Part shown: positions 48,144 through 59,057 of the stretch, in pieces | Numbering within the stretch: position 1 is the first letter of the stretch | Layout of the letters: every line of letters starts with the position of its first letter | From: Thermoplasmata archaeon | GTDB taxonomy: Archaea; Thermoplasmatota; Thermoplasmata; Halarchaeoplasmatales; Halarchaeoplasmataceae | Direction: 5' to 3' | NCBI GenBank assembly: GCA_046498385.1 | Contig: JAWOAU010000059.1 | Span: 76-64,075 of the forward strand | Length of the DNA stretch: 64,000 bases | The notes under the pieces: generated by a model | Database searches by the model: none | Told to the model about the DNA's origin: nothing | The model's input: only the letters and a program-made list of their open reading frames with translations | Program-made: the position numbers and the translations under genes

Positions 48144-49348
48144 TCATGATGATTTTGGACGGTATAGGCGACAGGCCTGTTAAAGAACTAGGAGGGAAGA
48201 CCCCACTTGAGAAAGCTAACACACCTAATCTAGATAGGTATGCCAAGGAAGGCGTAAACGGCATAATGGATACGATAGCCCCCGGTATAGTACCCGGCAG
48301 CGACACAGGTCACCTCGCTTTATTGGGTTATGATCCTTATGAAGTGTACACTGGAAGAGGCCCCTTCGAGGCCTCCGGTTTGGGGATGGAACTACGAAAG
48401 GGCCAGGTTGTTTTTCGATGTAACTTCGGGACCCTTGAGGACGGCATGGTAGTCGACCGCAGGGCGGGCAGGATTAAAAGGGGCACGGATTCCCTGGCTG
48501 AAGCTGTGAACGATATGGATTTTGATGTGGATTTCATATTCAAAGAGAGTGTGGAACACAGGGCGGTACTCATATTCAACGACCGCTCCTTGGGATCCTC
48601 GGTGTCCGACGTAGATCCCCACGAAGAGGATATTCCTTTAAAGAGCTCCGAGGCATTGGATGGAAGCAATTCCAGTAAACGTACGGCTGAGTTGATAAAC
48701 AAATTCACCGAGAAGACCATTGATGTATTGTCGGAACATCCCGTAAACCTGAAAAGAAAGGAAAAGGGATCACCTCCAGCCAATGTGATACTTTCCAGAG
48801 GTGCGGGTTCCGTCCCGGATATGAAACCTCTACGGGATATCAAGGGTATAAAGAGCGCCGCCATAGCCGGCATACCTCTTGTGCGGGGTGTGTGTGAGCT
48901 TGCAGGCATGGATATCATACAGGTCGGGGGGGCCACGGGCGGACTGGATACGGACATCGGATCCATCATCAGCGCGGTGGTGGAAAACATAGATGACTAT
49001 GATTTTATATTGGTGAACGTAAAGGGTCCCGACATATCCGGACATGATGGTGACTATGAAGCAAAGGTGGATTTCATAGAACGCATCGATTCCGCCCTTC
49101 CTGTACTTGACTCTATCGAGAACACCTACTTCGCCTTTACCGGAGATCATTCTACCCCGATAACCGTTAAGAACCACAGTGGCGACCCGCTGCCCTTAGT
49201 GATCTACGGGGACGAGGTACGTATCGATAATGTGGTGAGCTACGGCGAAAGAACATGCGCCGCCGGAGGACTAGGACGGTTAAAAGGTTCGGATCTTCTG
49301 AACGTACTCATGGACTTGGCCAATAGGGCCGAAAAGTTCGGTGCCTAG
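48128..49348 (+). CDS. apgM: 2,3-bisphosphoglycerate-independent phosphoglycerate mutase, archaeal type
   Basis: Archaeal iPGM signature (ILDGIGDRP...KTPLEKANTPNLD...GIVPGSDTGHLALLGYDPY ... FTGDHSTP). Full-length 406 aa. Confidence 0.85.
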   Translation: MVSRIVMMILDGIGDRPVKELGGKTPLEKANTPNLDRYAKEGVNGIMDTIAPGIVPGSDTGHLALLGYDPYEVYTGRGPFEASGLGMELRKGQVVFRCNFGTLEDGMVVDRRAGRIKRGTDSLAEAVNDMDFDVDFIFKESVEHRAVLIFNDRSLGSSVSDVDPHEEDIPLKSSEALDGSNSSKRTAELINKFTEKTIDVLSEHPVNLKRKEKGSPPANVILSRGAGSVPDMKPLRDIKGIKSAAIAGIPLVRGVCELAGMDIIQVGGATGGLDTDIGSIISAVVENIDDYDFILVNVKGPDISGHDGDYEAKVDFIERIDSALPVLDSIENTYFAFTGDHSTPITVKNHSGDPLPLVIYGDEVRIDNVVSYGERTCAAGGLGRLKGSDLLNVLMDLANRAEKFGA

Positions 49349-49911
49349 CATTTATATCCTATATCTATGAGGAATTTGTTTCTCCATTCCTTGTCCTTTT
49401 CTTTTTCAACACCTACGGTAGGGCTGCCGTCTATAACGCCGAGTATACCTCTTCCGGATTCATTTTTTGCCACTATTACCTCCAATGGATTTGCGGTAGC
49501 ACAATATATCCGGCATACCTCCTGCACCTGCTTTAATCGTGGAAGTACGTTTATGGGGTACGTACCGTCAAGTACGATGATAAAAAAGTGTCCTGCGTTG
49601 ATACTATTGGCGTTCTCAATTACCAGCTCTTTACATCTCTCGTCGGTACCGTCGTACCTCACCAGTCTTTCCCCGGAGGCCTCGCAGAAGGCCACTCCGA
49701 ATTTGATCCCCGGCACCGAAGACACCAGAGTTTCATAGATATCCTCCACGGTCTTTATAAAGTGGCTTTGACCCAGTATAACGTTCATGCCCTCATCCGT
49801 ATTTACTTTGACACATTCCAGCTCCATGCAATGGGATACCGTACAGATGTTAAAAACTTTTACGTGCGATTCGAAAGACTTTAAATAATCAACTATATTT
49901 CGATTGAACAT
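49345..49911 (-). CDS. Conserved hypothetical protein (188 aa), possibly of the archaeal adenosine-specific-kinase-like family
   Basis: No motif could be assigned firmly. The ends overlap apgM and leuS by a few nt, which suggests a real, tightly packed gene. Confidence 0.45.
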   Translation of the reverse strand: MFNRNIVDYLKSFESHVKVFNICTVSHCMELECVKVNTDEGMNVILGQSHFIKTVEDIYETLVSSVPGIKFGVAFCEASGERLVRYDGTDERCKELVIENANSINAGHFFIIVLDGTYPINVLPRLKQVQEVCRIYCATANPLEVIVAKNESGRGILGVIDGSPTVGVEKEKDKEWRNKFLIDIGYKC

Positions 49912-52756
49912 GAAAGATTACGGCCCTGTGGAGATCGAAGAAAAGTGGCAGAATAGGTGGGAGACCGAAGGTGTCGATAAAGCGGAAGTGGACTATTCTA
50001 GAGAGCCTTTCTACCTTATATTCGCTTATCCTGGAGTATCGGGTTTTCTACATTTAGGTCATATGAGATGTTACAGTTACACAGATATGATCGCACGATA
50101 CAAGCGTATGGAGGGATACAACGTTCTATTTCCAACCGGTACTCATCCAACGGGGAATCAAGCCTACAGTTTATCGAAACACCTGCAGGAAGGGGTTCAG
50201 GAAAAAATAGACTACATGAAAAGGAACGGTGCTACAGTGGAGGATATAGAAAGGATGAAGGACCCCTTGGAGCTTGTAACTTACTTCAACGAGGTTTACA
50301 TAGAAAAATACTGGAAAAAGTTCGCCATAAGCATCGATTTCGACTACTTTACATATTCAATACGAGAGGATTACAAACAGTTCATCAGATGGCAGTTCAA
50401 GAAGTTGAAAGAGCAGGGCCTGCTCGCCCAGAAGGACTATTTTGGTACGGAGTGTATTGAATGCGGCCCTGTAGCTGTGGATCCTTCGGAAACCGATCTT
50501 TCTAAAGGAGGAACGGCTGAGAAGCAGGAGTACACTCTGTTAAAGTTCGAGCATCAGGGTAAGTACATCACCGCAGCCACACTGAGACCTGAAACCGTAT
50601 TCGGCCAGACCAACTTGTGGGTTGATCCCCAGGAAGAATATTTAATCGCTGTAGTTGATGGCGAAGAGTGGATACTCAGTAAGGAGGCGGTGGAGAAATT
50701 GAAGTATCAGAAGGACCACGTTACTATTGTTGATACAATAAAAGGCGAGGATATGATAGGTGACTACGCCGCAGCCCCCGTGATCCACAGGGAAATAATC
50801 ATACTGCCTGCGTCATTCACCGATCCCAACGTGGGAACCGGTATCGTAACCAGCGTTCCAAGCGATGCGCCCTACGATTGGATAGCACTCAGAGATTTGA
50901 AAGAGGATGAAGAACTGCTTGAAAAGTATGGTTTAAAGGAAAAAATCAAAGAAGTTGAGCCCATCCCGATAATCGAATCAAAGGATTGGGGGATAAATTC
51001 TGCTGAGAAGATAATAGATGAGATGGGCATAGAGAGTCAAGAGGAGCAGGATAAACTTGAAGTGGCCACACAGAAGATATACAAATCCGGATTCCACACA
51101 GGTAATATGTTGGACAGCTGTCAGGACTACTCCGGCCTGAGGGTACAGCAGGCAAAAGAAAGTGTGAAGCAGGATATGGTCGAGAAGGGTGAAGCAGATA
51201 TAATGTACGACCTTTCCCAGGAAGTTATCTGCAGATGTGGAGCTAAAGTAGTCGTGGGTAAGATACCCGATCAATGGTTCATCCGCTACTCCGACGAGGA
51301 GCTCACTGAGAAGAGTAAAAAGCATGCTGAAAAAATGGAGATCAAACCTCAAAACTACGCCGACAATATTCCGGAAACCCTGGCATGGTTCCAGGACCGT
51401 TCCTGTGCAAGAAAGGGCAACTGGCTGGGTACGGAGTTTCCCTTCGACGAGGAATGGGTTATCGAGGCTATAGCAGATTCTACACTTTATCCGGCTTACT
51501 ACGTATTGGCCAAGCACTATAACGAAGGAAATATCGAAGCCGACCAGATGACCGAGGAGTTTTTCGATTATGTATATCTGAACAGGGGAGATCCAGGAGT
51601 TCTCTCTGAGACTACCGGGCTAGATAAGAAAACCATAGAAAAAGTTCGCTCGGATTTCCAGTACTGGTACCCCCTCGACCTGAACCTGGGCGGAAAAGAG
51701 CACATGACAGTACACTTCCCGCCTTTCCTGATGAACCACGTTGGTATAATGAACGAAGGAGACTGGCCCAGAGGTATATTTGTCAATTGGTGGCTGGTGG
51801 GTAAAGGGGGCAAGATATCGAAATCAAAAGGTGGGGCCGAACCCATACCCGACGCCGCCGAAAAATACGGCGTGGATACCTTGAGGTTATTCTACGCTCA
51901 TTCCGCTAGTCCGTTCGTTGACAAAGAATGGGACGAGGATGAGGTCTTCAACTATCGTAGAAAGCTCAACTCGATATGGAGCAAAGTTCACAGGATGAAA
52001 GAAACCGATGGAGATAAGAAACCGGTAGATGATTACCTCCGTTCTAGGTTCTATACCCTTGTAAATACGGTGAAGGAGCACATGCAGGACTACGAACTTC
52101 GTAAGGCCGTCAGCGTTGTGTATTACGACATACCGTCGGAGATAGACTGGTATTTCAAAAGGGACGGGGAAAATAGAGAGCTCATGAAGGAGGTCGCCGT
52201 CGGTCTGCTGAAATTGATGGTGTCCTTTACCCCCCATATAGCAGAGGAGCTGTCCGAATTTTGGGGTGTGGAATACATAGTGAACAGCACTCTGCCTGAG
52301 GTCCCGGAAGACGCCATCTCCAAGGAAGCGGAGTCAAGAGAAGAATATATCAAGGACGTTCTGGCGGATATCAAGCAGATACTGGATATTGCAGATGTAC
52401 CTGGAGATCGTATACATCTTTACGTTGCGCCAGAATGGAAGGAAAGGGCAATGAATAGGATATTAGAATCTCCGGATATGAGTATCATGAAAGAGCTCAC
52501 CAGTGAACTCGATACTCCGCCAAAACAGATCTCCGGTTTTGTTCGACAGGTACTCAAGATCCTCAGAGAGAAGGGTGCGAAGGATTCCTGGCACATCCCC
52601 ATGGACGAGTACGAGGTTTTAAAGAATTCCAGTGATTTCCTGGAGAAAGAATTTCAAGCTGAAATCAAAGTCTATCCATCCGGCGACACTTCCTACGACC
52701 CGGCAGGTAAAGCATCCTATGCGATGCCTAGAAAACCTGCGATATATGTGGAGTAA
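49904..52756 (+). CDS. leuS: Leucine--tRNA ligase, archaeal type
   Basis: HIGH-type motif (LHLGHMRCY), KMSKS variant (GKISKSKG), CP1 editing domain, about 950 aa. Confidence 0.9.
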   Translation: MNMKDYGPVEIEEKWQNRWETEGVDKAEVDYSREPFYLIFAYPGVSGFLHLGHMRCYSYTDMIARYKRMEGYNVLFPTGTHPTGNQAYSLSKHLQEGVQEKIDYMKRNGATVEDIERMKDPLELVTYFNEVYIEKYWKKFAISIDFDYFTYSIREDYKQFIRWQFKKLKEQGLLAQKDYFGTECIECGPVAVDPSETDLSKGGTAEKQEYTLLKFEHQGKYITAATLRPETVFGQTNLWVDPQEEYLIAVVDGEEWILSKEAVEKLKYQKDHVTIVDTIKGEDMIGDYAAAPVIHREIIILPASFTDPNVGTGIVTSVPSDAPYDWIALRDLKEDEELLEKYGLKEKIKEVEPIPIIESKDWGINSAEKIIDEMGIESQEEQDKLEVATQKIYKSGFHTGNMLDSCQDYSGLRVQQAKESVKQDMVEKGEADIMYDLSQEVICRCGAKVVVGKIPDQWFIRYSDEELTEKSKKHAEKMEIKPQNYADNIPETLAWFQDRSCARKGNWLGTEFPFDEEWVIEAIADSTLYPAYYVLAKHYNEGNIEADQMTEEFFDYVYLNRGDPGVLSETTGLDKKTIEKVRSDFQYWYPLDLNLGGKEHMTVHFPPFLMNHVGIMNEGDWPRGIFVNWWLVGKGGKISKSKGGAEPIPDAAEKYGVDTLRLFYAHSASPFVDKEWDEDEVFNYRRKLNSIWSKVHRMKETDGDKKPVDDYLRSRFYTLVNTVKEHMQDYELRKAVSVVYYDIPSEIDWYFKRDGENRELMKEVAVGLLKLMVSFTPHIAEELSEFWGVEYIVNSTLPEVPEDAISKEAESREEYIKDVLADIKQILDIADVPGDRIHLYVAPEWKERAMNRILESPDMSIMKELTSELDTPPKQISGFVRQVLKILREKGAKDSWHIPMDEYEVLKNSSDFLEKEFQAEIKVYPSGDTSYDPAGKASYAMPRKPAIYVE

Positions 52757-52794
52757 ACAAAACCCTTATATCCTGTGTATTGAATTGAAGTTCC

Positions 52795-53985
52795 ATGAAA
52801 GCAGTTATCCTTGCTGCAGGAGAGGGAACAAGGCTCAGACCCTTTACCTCTTCTGAGCCAAAGGTGATGATACCCGTAGCCAACAAACCGATTTTACAGT
52901 ATGTTGTGGAAGCTTTGGTGAATTGCAACATCAGAGATATCGTCATGGTGGTGGGATACCATAAACAGCGTATAATGTCTTACTTTGGTAATGGAGATGA
53001 GTTTGGTGCGGATATAGAGTATATCGAACAGCCCAAACAGCTGGGTACCGCACATGCACTTTACCAAGTACGTCATGTGATAGATGATGATTTCATTTTA
53101 CTCCCCGGGGATAACCTGGTCTCCGAAGCTACCGTTAAGGACCTTATCAGAGACAAAAAAGTTCCTTCTGTCTTGATAACAAGTAGTGATCATCCTTCTA
53201 AGTACGGAGTGGTATCCATGGAAAACGGAGTGGTGAATAATATAGTTGAAAAACCCGGGAAAAGTAAAAGTCACTTGATATCTACAGGCATTTATTACCT
53301 CTCGCCGGACGTTTTCCCCAGGATAAGAAAATTCATGTTGAACAACATATACGATCTGACATCGGTGCTGAATTCGTTGAAGATCGATAGATCACTCTAC
53401 GGCATAAATACCGAATCAATGTGGATGGATGCGGTGTATCCATGGGATTTGATCTCCCTCAACTCCGCCGCACTCGACGATGTCGCCGCCAGATGTAACG
53501 GCAAAGTAGAAGAAGACGTTACCATCAAAGGTCCGGTGGTCATCGGCGAGGGAACGTTGATCAAAGGGGGCACCTACATAGAGGGTCCGGTGGTCATCGG
53601 CGAAGGTTGTGAAATAGGTCCCCAGGCATGTATACTCTCTTCCTCTAGCATAGATGACGATTGTTTGATCGGACCTCAATCCGTCGTACACAATTCCATG
53701 ATCATGGGAGGTGTAAAAATAGGTCCGAAATCTATACTGGATTCGTCGGTATTGGGTGAAGGAGTGATATCCGGAGCGGGACTCGTTTCACATGTTGATA
53801 CCGTGAAGATGGTTATCGAGGATCATCTGGAGATGGTCAGGAGTATAGGGTGCATGATTGCCGAGGATACGGTTATAGGCGGCGGTGTTACATGTTATCC
53901 CGGTGTGATCGTAGGCAACGAATGCGATATACGGACTGGCGTTGTACTGAGAGAAAAAGTACCCCCCGGGAGTACGGTGTTGTGA
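52795..53985 (+). CDS. glmU: Bifunctional sugar-1-phosphate nucleotidyltransferase / left-handed beta-helix acetyltransferase (archaeal GlmU-like)
   Basis: N-terminal NTP-transferase motif (MKAVILAAGEGTRLRPFTSSEPKVMIPVANKPIL). C-terminal hexapeptide repeats ([LIV]GxxxxIGxx...). Immediately upstream of glmS. Confidence 0.75.
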   Translation: MKAVILAAGEGTRLRPFTSSEPKVMIPVANKPILQYVVEALVNCNIRDIVMVVGYHKQRIMSYFGNGDEFGADIEYIEQPKQLGTAHALYQVRHVIDDDFILLPGDNLVSEATVKDLIRDKKVPSVLITSSDHPSKYGVVSMENGVVNNIVEKPGKSKSHLISTGIYYLSPDVFPRIRKFMLNNIYDLTSVLNSLKIDRSLYGINTESMWMDAVYPWDLISLNSAALDDVAARCNGKVEEDVTIKGPVVIGEGTLIKGGTYIEGPVVIGEGCEIGPQACILSSSSIDDDCLIGPQSVVHNSMIMGGVKIGPKSILDSSVLGEGVISGAGLVSHVDTVKMVIEDHLEMVRSIGCMIAEDTVIGGGVTCYPGVIVGNECDIRTGVVLREKVPPGSTVL

Positions 53986-53996
53986 GGTGACATTGC

Positions 53997-55781
53997 TTGT
54001 GTGGAATTGTCGGATATACTGGAAAAAACAACGTCGACGAGATACTGTTAAAAGGTTTGAAAAGGTTGGAATACAGGGGTTATGACTCCGCCGGAATTGC
54101 AATATTGGATGGTAATGATATTTACATGCAGAAAAGCAAAGGCCGGATCAAGGAACTTGATATAACGTCCTTTCCCAAAGGCCGGGTAGGTATAGGCCAT
54201 ACCCGCTGGGCTACCCACGGAAAACCATCCGATGAAAACTCACATCCTTTTTTGGATTGCAGCAGTGAGTTTGTAATAGTACACAATGGTATAATAGATA
54301 ATTTCATCCCTCTGAAAGAAGAGATGCAGTCCAAGGGACACGCTTTCTCCTCTGAAACCGACAGTGAGGTCATAGTGCATATGATAGAGGAATACTATGA
54401 TGGTGACCTTGTGGAAACCCTCAAAAAGGTGGTCAAAAAACTCAAGGGCTCTTTTGCCGTATGTGCCTTACAAAAGGGTTCCAACAGCATAGCTATTGCA
54501 AGAAACCAGAGCCCCTTGGTTATCGGCATCGGTGCGGGCGAAAATATGGTGGCTTCCGACGTACCGGCCATATTGGACTATACCAACGAGGTGAAGTATC
54601 TGCTGGATGGGGATGTTGCTGAATTGACCCCTTCCAATGTGCGCATATGGAATTCTCAGGGTGAATTGGTCCATAGAGATATTGTTGAGATAGAATGGGC
54701 GGTCGAGGACGCTGAAAAAGGAGGATACGAGCACTACATGCTGAAGGAGATCTACGAGCAACCGAAGGCGATACATGAATCTCTGCTGGGCCGGCTGGTG
54801 GATTTCAACGATGTGGACTTCAATAATTACAACACTGATTTTATAAGAATAATATCCTGCGGTACGTCCTATCATGCGGCTCTAGTCGGTAAATACATTA
54901 TTGAAGATATGGCCAGAATACCTTGTACTACCGAGCTTGCATCGGAATACAGGTACTCTTCACCGTCTGAGCTTTTACCCTTTACCATTCTAATAACCCA
55001 GAGCGGCGAAACCGCGGATACCGTCGCCGCGGCAAAGGAGGCAAGGCAGCGGGGATGTAAAACTCTAGCTCTCACCAACGTTATGAACAGCAGTATAACC
55101 AGAGAGGTTGATGAAGTAGTGTTCACCCATGCCGGCCCGGAGATAGGCGTTGCCGCAACTAAGACGTTCACCACTCAGTTGATAGTACTGTACCTCATCG
55201 CCATGGAATTGGGATTAAAACACAAGAAGTTGTTAAGAGAAAACGTTCATGAGTACAGGGATGAACTAAGAAGACTTCCAAGATACGTTAAGGTCCTCCT
55301 GGATCAATCAAATAAGATAAAAAAAGTAAGCGAAAAATTGGTTGATGCCGATGATATATTTTTCGTAGGCCGACATCTGAATTACCCTGTAGCGTTAGAA
55401 GGGGCTTTGAAGCTCAAAGAGATAGCTTACATACATTCTGCCGGGTATCCCGCAGGGGAGCTGAAACACGGCCCCTTTGCCCTACTTACCGAAAGAACAC
55501 CTGTGGTTGCGATACTGATAAAGGACCACACATTCGAGAAAATGCTGGGTAACATCGGGGAAATAGCCTCCCGGGGCAGCCCTATAATCGCAGTTGGTGA
55601 TCATGATGATGAGTTAAAAAAGCTGTCCGATGAACTTATCACCATACCTTCGGTGCCGCCCATGTTTTCACCCATACTAGTTAACGTAGTATTGCAATTA
55701 CTAGCGTATTACACCGCTTATAATTTGGGGTGTGCTATCGACAAGCCGAGAAATCTTGCCAAGAGCGTGACGGTTGAATGA
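53997..55781 (+). CDS. glmS: Glutamine--fructose-6-phosphate aminotransferase (isomerising)
   Basis: N-terminal Cys nucleophile MCGIVGY. Glutaminase domain plus two SIS domains. C-terminal ...AKSVTVE. Confidence 0.9.
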   Translation: MCGIVGYTGKNNVDEILLKGLKRLEYRGYDSAGIAILDGNDIYMQKSKGRIKELDITSFPKGRVGIGHTRWATHGKPSDENSHPFLDCSSEFVIVHNGIIDNFIPLKEEMQSKGHAFSSETDSEVIVHMIEEYYDGDLVETLKKVVKKLKGSFAVCALQKGSNSIAIARNQSPLVIGIGAGENMVASDVPAILDYTNEVKYLLDGDVAELTPSNVRIWNSQGELVHRDIVEIEWAVEDAEKGGYEHYMLKEIYEQPKAIHESLLGRLVDFNDVDFNNYNTDFIRIISCGTSYHAALVGKYIIEDMARIPCTTELASEYRYSSPSELLPFTILITQSGETADTVAAAKEARQRGCKTLALTNVMNSSITREVDEVVFTHAGPEIGVAATKTFTTQLIVLYLIAMELGLKHKKLLRENVHEYRDELRRLPRYVKVLLDQSNKIKKVSEKLVDADDIFFVGRHLNYPVALEGALKLKEIAYIHSAGYPAGELKHGPFALLTERTPVVAILIKDHTFEKMLGNIGEIASRGSPIIAVGDHDDELKKLSDELITIPSVPPMFSPILVNVVLQLLAYYTAYNLGCAIDKPRNLAKSVTVE

Positions 55782-56911
55782 AGGATTTTTCGGAATTGTA
55801 CGACGATCATAAAATTATCTTTTGGTTGTTCGTACTCCTGGGCATTCCTTTGATACTCGTGGCAGGTAGTTTACTGTTAAGGAGTATATTCTGGGATGGC
55901 TTCCTTTGGAGATACATATGGGGGCCGGTAGTGGCCGATACTAGAGGTGAACCGATCAATGGAATATCCTCGGGTTACAACGTGGTCAACACAACGGTAT
56001 ACGCCGTATCTCTGCTTCTGGCGGTTTTGGGCATACTGGAGATATTCAAACGATATCGAATACGTATGGACCGCGGATTGATTCTTTCCCTTTTGCCGTG
56101 GATACTATTGGGGGGCACTTTTAGAAGTCTGGAGGATGCCGGATTCTTTTCGCCCTCTCTAAGCCCATTTTTCATATCACCTGTGATCTACTTCGTTCTA
56201 GGTATCGGTGCCATACTTACATTGATCCTTGATGTAAAATTTTCTACCGTTGAAAATAACAAGGGAGTACTTAGGGCCCTTTTCCTCACGCCTCCTTTGA
56301 TCGTTTCCATACTCCTTAACCCTCCTTATCTTGCCTATGTGATAATCCTTTTATTAGCCGTACTGGTTTTTTTTTACTTATATGGTTATTTCAAAGAAGA
56401 GCCCCACCTATTGTTCTGCTACGGAACGTCAATGTTGTCATTTACTTTATTTTACATTTCTTACTACCTTCTGACTTTAGAGGGAGCGCGGCCGTTTGAA
56501 ATATTTTTCATCCTCTTTTTGTCCGCCACTAGTTCTGGTCTGGTCTTCTTCGTCGGTTGGCTGTTGTCCTCAAGGTTCACAGCTCTTAAAACACTCCTGA
56601 TCTCATTGAATCCTCAGATAATATTCGCTCACATGCTGGATGCGTCCGCAACATATAGAGGGATAAGTGCGTATGGATATGTTGAGAAACACGTATTACC
56701 ATCCATCGCTATTGATTTATTCGGCACATCATTTGTTATGTATCCCATGAAGATGATCCTCGTTCTTTTTGTTATCTATACTTTGGATATTTGGTTTGAT
56801 GAGGAGTTGAAAGAGGTACCTAGTGTTAAAAATTTGATCATTCTGGTAATAATCATACTCGGTCTCGCCCCTGGTATACGCAACATGCTGCGTCTTGCCA
56901 TGGGCGTGTGA
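55778..56911 (+). CDS. Polytopic integral membrane protein (about 9 TM), function unknown
   Basis: Hydrophobic throughout. Start overlaps the glmS stop (ATGA). Confidence 0.45.
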   Translation: MKDFSELYDDHKIIFWLFVLLGIPLILVAGSLLLRSIFWDGFLWRYIWGPVVADTRGEPINGISSGYNVVNTTVYAVSLLLAVLGILEIFKRYRIRMDRGLILSLLPWILLGGTFRSLEDAGFFSPSLSPFFISPVIYFVLGIGAILTLILDVKFSTVENNKGVLRALFLTPPLIVSILLNPPYLAYVIILLLAVLVFFYLYGYFKEEPHLLFCYGTSMLSFTLFYISYYLLTLEGARPFEIFFILFLSATSSGLVFFVGWLLSSRFTALKTLLISLNPQIIFAHMLDASATYRGISAYGYVEKHVLPSIAIDLFGTSFVMYPMKMILVLFVIYTLDIWFDEELKEVPSVKNLIILVIIILGLAPGIRNMLRLAMGV

Positions 56912-56979
56912 AAAAAAGAGGGGAGATTTTTTATCGTTAAAGGCCCGAGGAAGACTCGGGCCGGTTAGGGTGCATCCTT

Positions 56980-57213
56980 TTACCTCTTTAGGTATTCTTC
57001 CTTTATTGCCTTAGCATGGGCCATCTTCCGTTCTTGTTCTACTATCTTTTCCACTTTATCCGCCACCAGTTCGATCCTATAATACAACATATCTCTAACG
57101 GCGGCCCTAATAGCTTCCGAACGGCTTGGGAAATCGTCCATTTCAACGAGAAAATCTATGCTCTCAAGATGACTCTTGGGCAGCCTTATCGTGATTTTCT
57201 CGCTATCGGACAT
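56980..57213 (-). CDS. Ribbon-helix-helix (CopG/Arc/MetJ-type) DNA-binding protein
   Basis: RHH signature (ITIRLPKSHLESIDFLVE...SRSEAIRAAVRDML). Confidence 0.6.
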   Translation of the reverse strand: MSDSEKITIRLPKSHLESIDFLVEMDDFPSRSEAIRAAVRDMLYYRIELVADKVEKIVEQERKMAHAKAIKEEYLKR

Positions 57214-57664
57214 CTTTATTCCTCTTATATACCTTTAACGTACCTCTTTTGTACGTCGTATGTCCTACAATAGGAGAGCAGTATTTAAAAATTTCCATCA
57301 AATCTTGAAATTGTTGCTGTGCAAACTAGGAATAGAACGACAGAAATAAAAACCTCTCTATTCACTTCAAACAAATCAGTCGGACGATCCCATCGGCGGC
57401 GGCAAGTTGAGTTTTATTGACACTCTAGAAAGCTTGGTAGAAAGAACAATTCTCCAGAGAGGTCATTGGTCGAAAGATGATTTGCAAACCTTAACCCTAT
57501 CTTATCACCGTTATAGGATCAGTAGTGGGATAGGAAACGCCCACATCGGTGGGCGACAAACTCCCTACTTTTTCACTACTTTCCATTTCTTATGTTTTTT
57601 CCAATATTTCAACAATTCAATCACCTCGTCTGCGCCCTATCCGATTCCCATATATAAACCTTTT

Positions 57665-57672
57665 GTCTACCT
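57665..57672. repeat. Target-site duplication GTCTACCT (left copy) of the IS66-family insertion
   Basis: Identical 8-mer at 59289-59296, immediately outside the terminal inverted repeats. Confidence 0.8.
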
Positions 57673-57680
57673 GTAAGAGT

Positions 57681-59057
57681 TCAGCCGTGTGAAGTTTGGA
57701 TGATATATTTTCCATGTTCGATCAGATTTTGATTTTTCATGTTCATTGTGTGATACACACTTGTCAATTTTTCATAGATCCTAGCGCCTTTTTCAGTTCT
57801 GTTTCCACCGCTGATTTTTCTTGCTATGACACTGTGACGTAGTGCACGTTCACATCTATTGTTTGTACCTTCGACGTATGGATTTTTAACAAATTGGAAC
57901 AGGCTATCCTTTCGTTTCAGTAAATTTTTGACAAACTTACTGCATCGATGAGATTTATACCTACGTTTTAGTTCGTTTGACAATTCCATGTACAGCTGTT
58001 TGATATTTTCATCAGAACCTTGATGATCGAAACTCTTAGCTTTTGCATATATCTTCTTAAGCACCCTATGTATGTGTTCACCTTCTTCACCGTAGTATTT
58101 TGCCAGTTCTTTTGAATCAACGAGTAGATGCGACCAACATATTTGCTGTGGCCTTTTTCCGGTCTTTTTGGCTAATGTATCGTAGGCTGAAAACCTATCG
58201 TGCACATCCACTCCGTTGGGTTTACTACCCAACACTTTGAGTGGTACTTTATGGCATCGTGAATTTGCAATTTTATACAATGCCAGACCATCTGTTACAA
58301 AAGCCCACAACCAAACATTTTCTCCGTCTATCCTCCATGATGTTTCGTCCATGTACCGGACAGGAGCCTCTCGGAGTTTTCCTACGAGTTGGTCGTAATA
58401 TTGTCCGAACTCGTCAGCGATCCGTTCAAGGATATTACAGACCTCTCCTTCGCTTATTTTCAGGTTATATATATCCTTCAACAGTTTTACGATCGATCCA
58501 ACAGGTAACCGGAGTCCGACCTTCAAATATACCACTGTAAGCATGGTCCTCAGGCCCAGTCGTGCATTTGGTAAAGCATCTGTTACAACCGTCTCAACTA
58601 ACTTCTCACAGTCTCTGCAGTAACGGCGTTCTATAACATATTTGGTAACAACTGGATAGACTGGTGGGATGTCTTCGACAGTTCTTGTCCGTTGCTCTTG
58701 TACATTTTCGCTAAGATGATCGCCTCCGCAATCGGGACAGATATTGACAGGGACATCAATTGTCTTATCCACAAGTTTAGGCAATTTGCGATAGCGCGGT
58801 TTATGGCCTTTCTTTGCTCCCTTTTTCCTAGGAGTGGCCGTTCGTACTTTTTCTTTGATGGCATACGGTTTACCGCCTTTAACACCCACAATTTCCGGGT
58901 GTCGCATGCGATATTCTTTGTATTCTTTCTCAACTTTCTTTTTTTCTTCTGCTAGCTTTGTGATCCTCTCTTTTAATTCCTCAATTTCCTTCTTGAGCTG
59001 CTCGTTCTCTTTCTTTAGCTTCTTGTTTTCTTTGATTTTTACCACCGTCCTTTTCAT
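57681..59057 (-). CDS. IS66-family transposase (TnpC-like): coiled-coil/leucine zipper, Cys4 zinc finger, DDE domain
   Basis: N-terminal coiled coil (KENEQLKKEIEELKERITKL). Zn finger CPDCGG...CRDCEK. DDE region (RYMDETSWRIDGENVWLWAFV ... VDVHDRFSAYD ... QICWSHLLVD), matching the IS66 signature. Confidence 0.85.
   Translation of the reverse strand: MKRTVVKIKENKKLKKENEQLKKEIEELKERITKLAEEKKKVEKEYKEYRMRHPEIVGVKGGKPYAIKEKVRTATPRKKGAKKGHKPRYRKLPKLVDKTIDVPVNICPDCGGDHLSENVQEQRTRTVEDIPPVYPVVTKYVIERRYCRDCEKLVETVVTDALPNARLGLRTMLTVVYLKVGLRLPVGSIVKLLKDIYNLKISEGEVCNILERIADEFGQYYDQLVGKLREAPVRYMDETSWRIDGENVWLWAFVTDGLALYKIANSRCHKVPLKVLGSKPNGVDVHDRFSAYDTLAKKTGKRPQQICWSHLLVDSKELAKYYGEEGEHIHRVLKKIYAKAKSFDHQGSDENIKQLYMELSNELKRRYKSHRCSKFVKNLLKRKDSLFQFVKNPYVEGTNNRCERALRHSVIARKISGGNRTEKGARIYEKLTSVYHTMNMKNQNLIEHGKYIIQTSHG

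Noticed and set aside
57407-57676. 89-aa plus-strand ORF in the spacer next to the IS
   Set aside because: Low-complexity, Phe-rich C-terminus with no ribosome-binding site or homology signal. Kept only as part of the unexplained-spacer finding.
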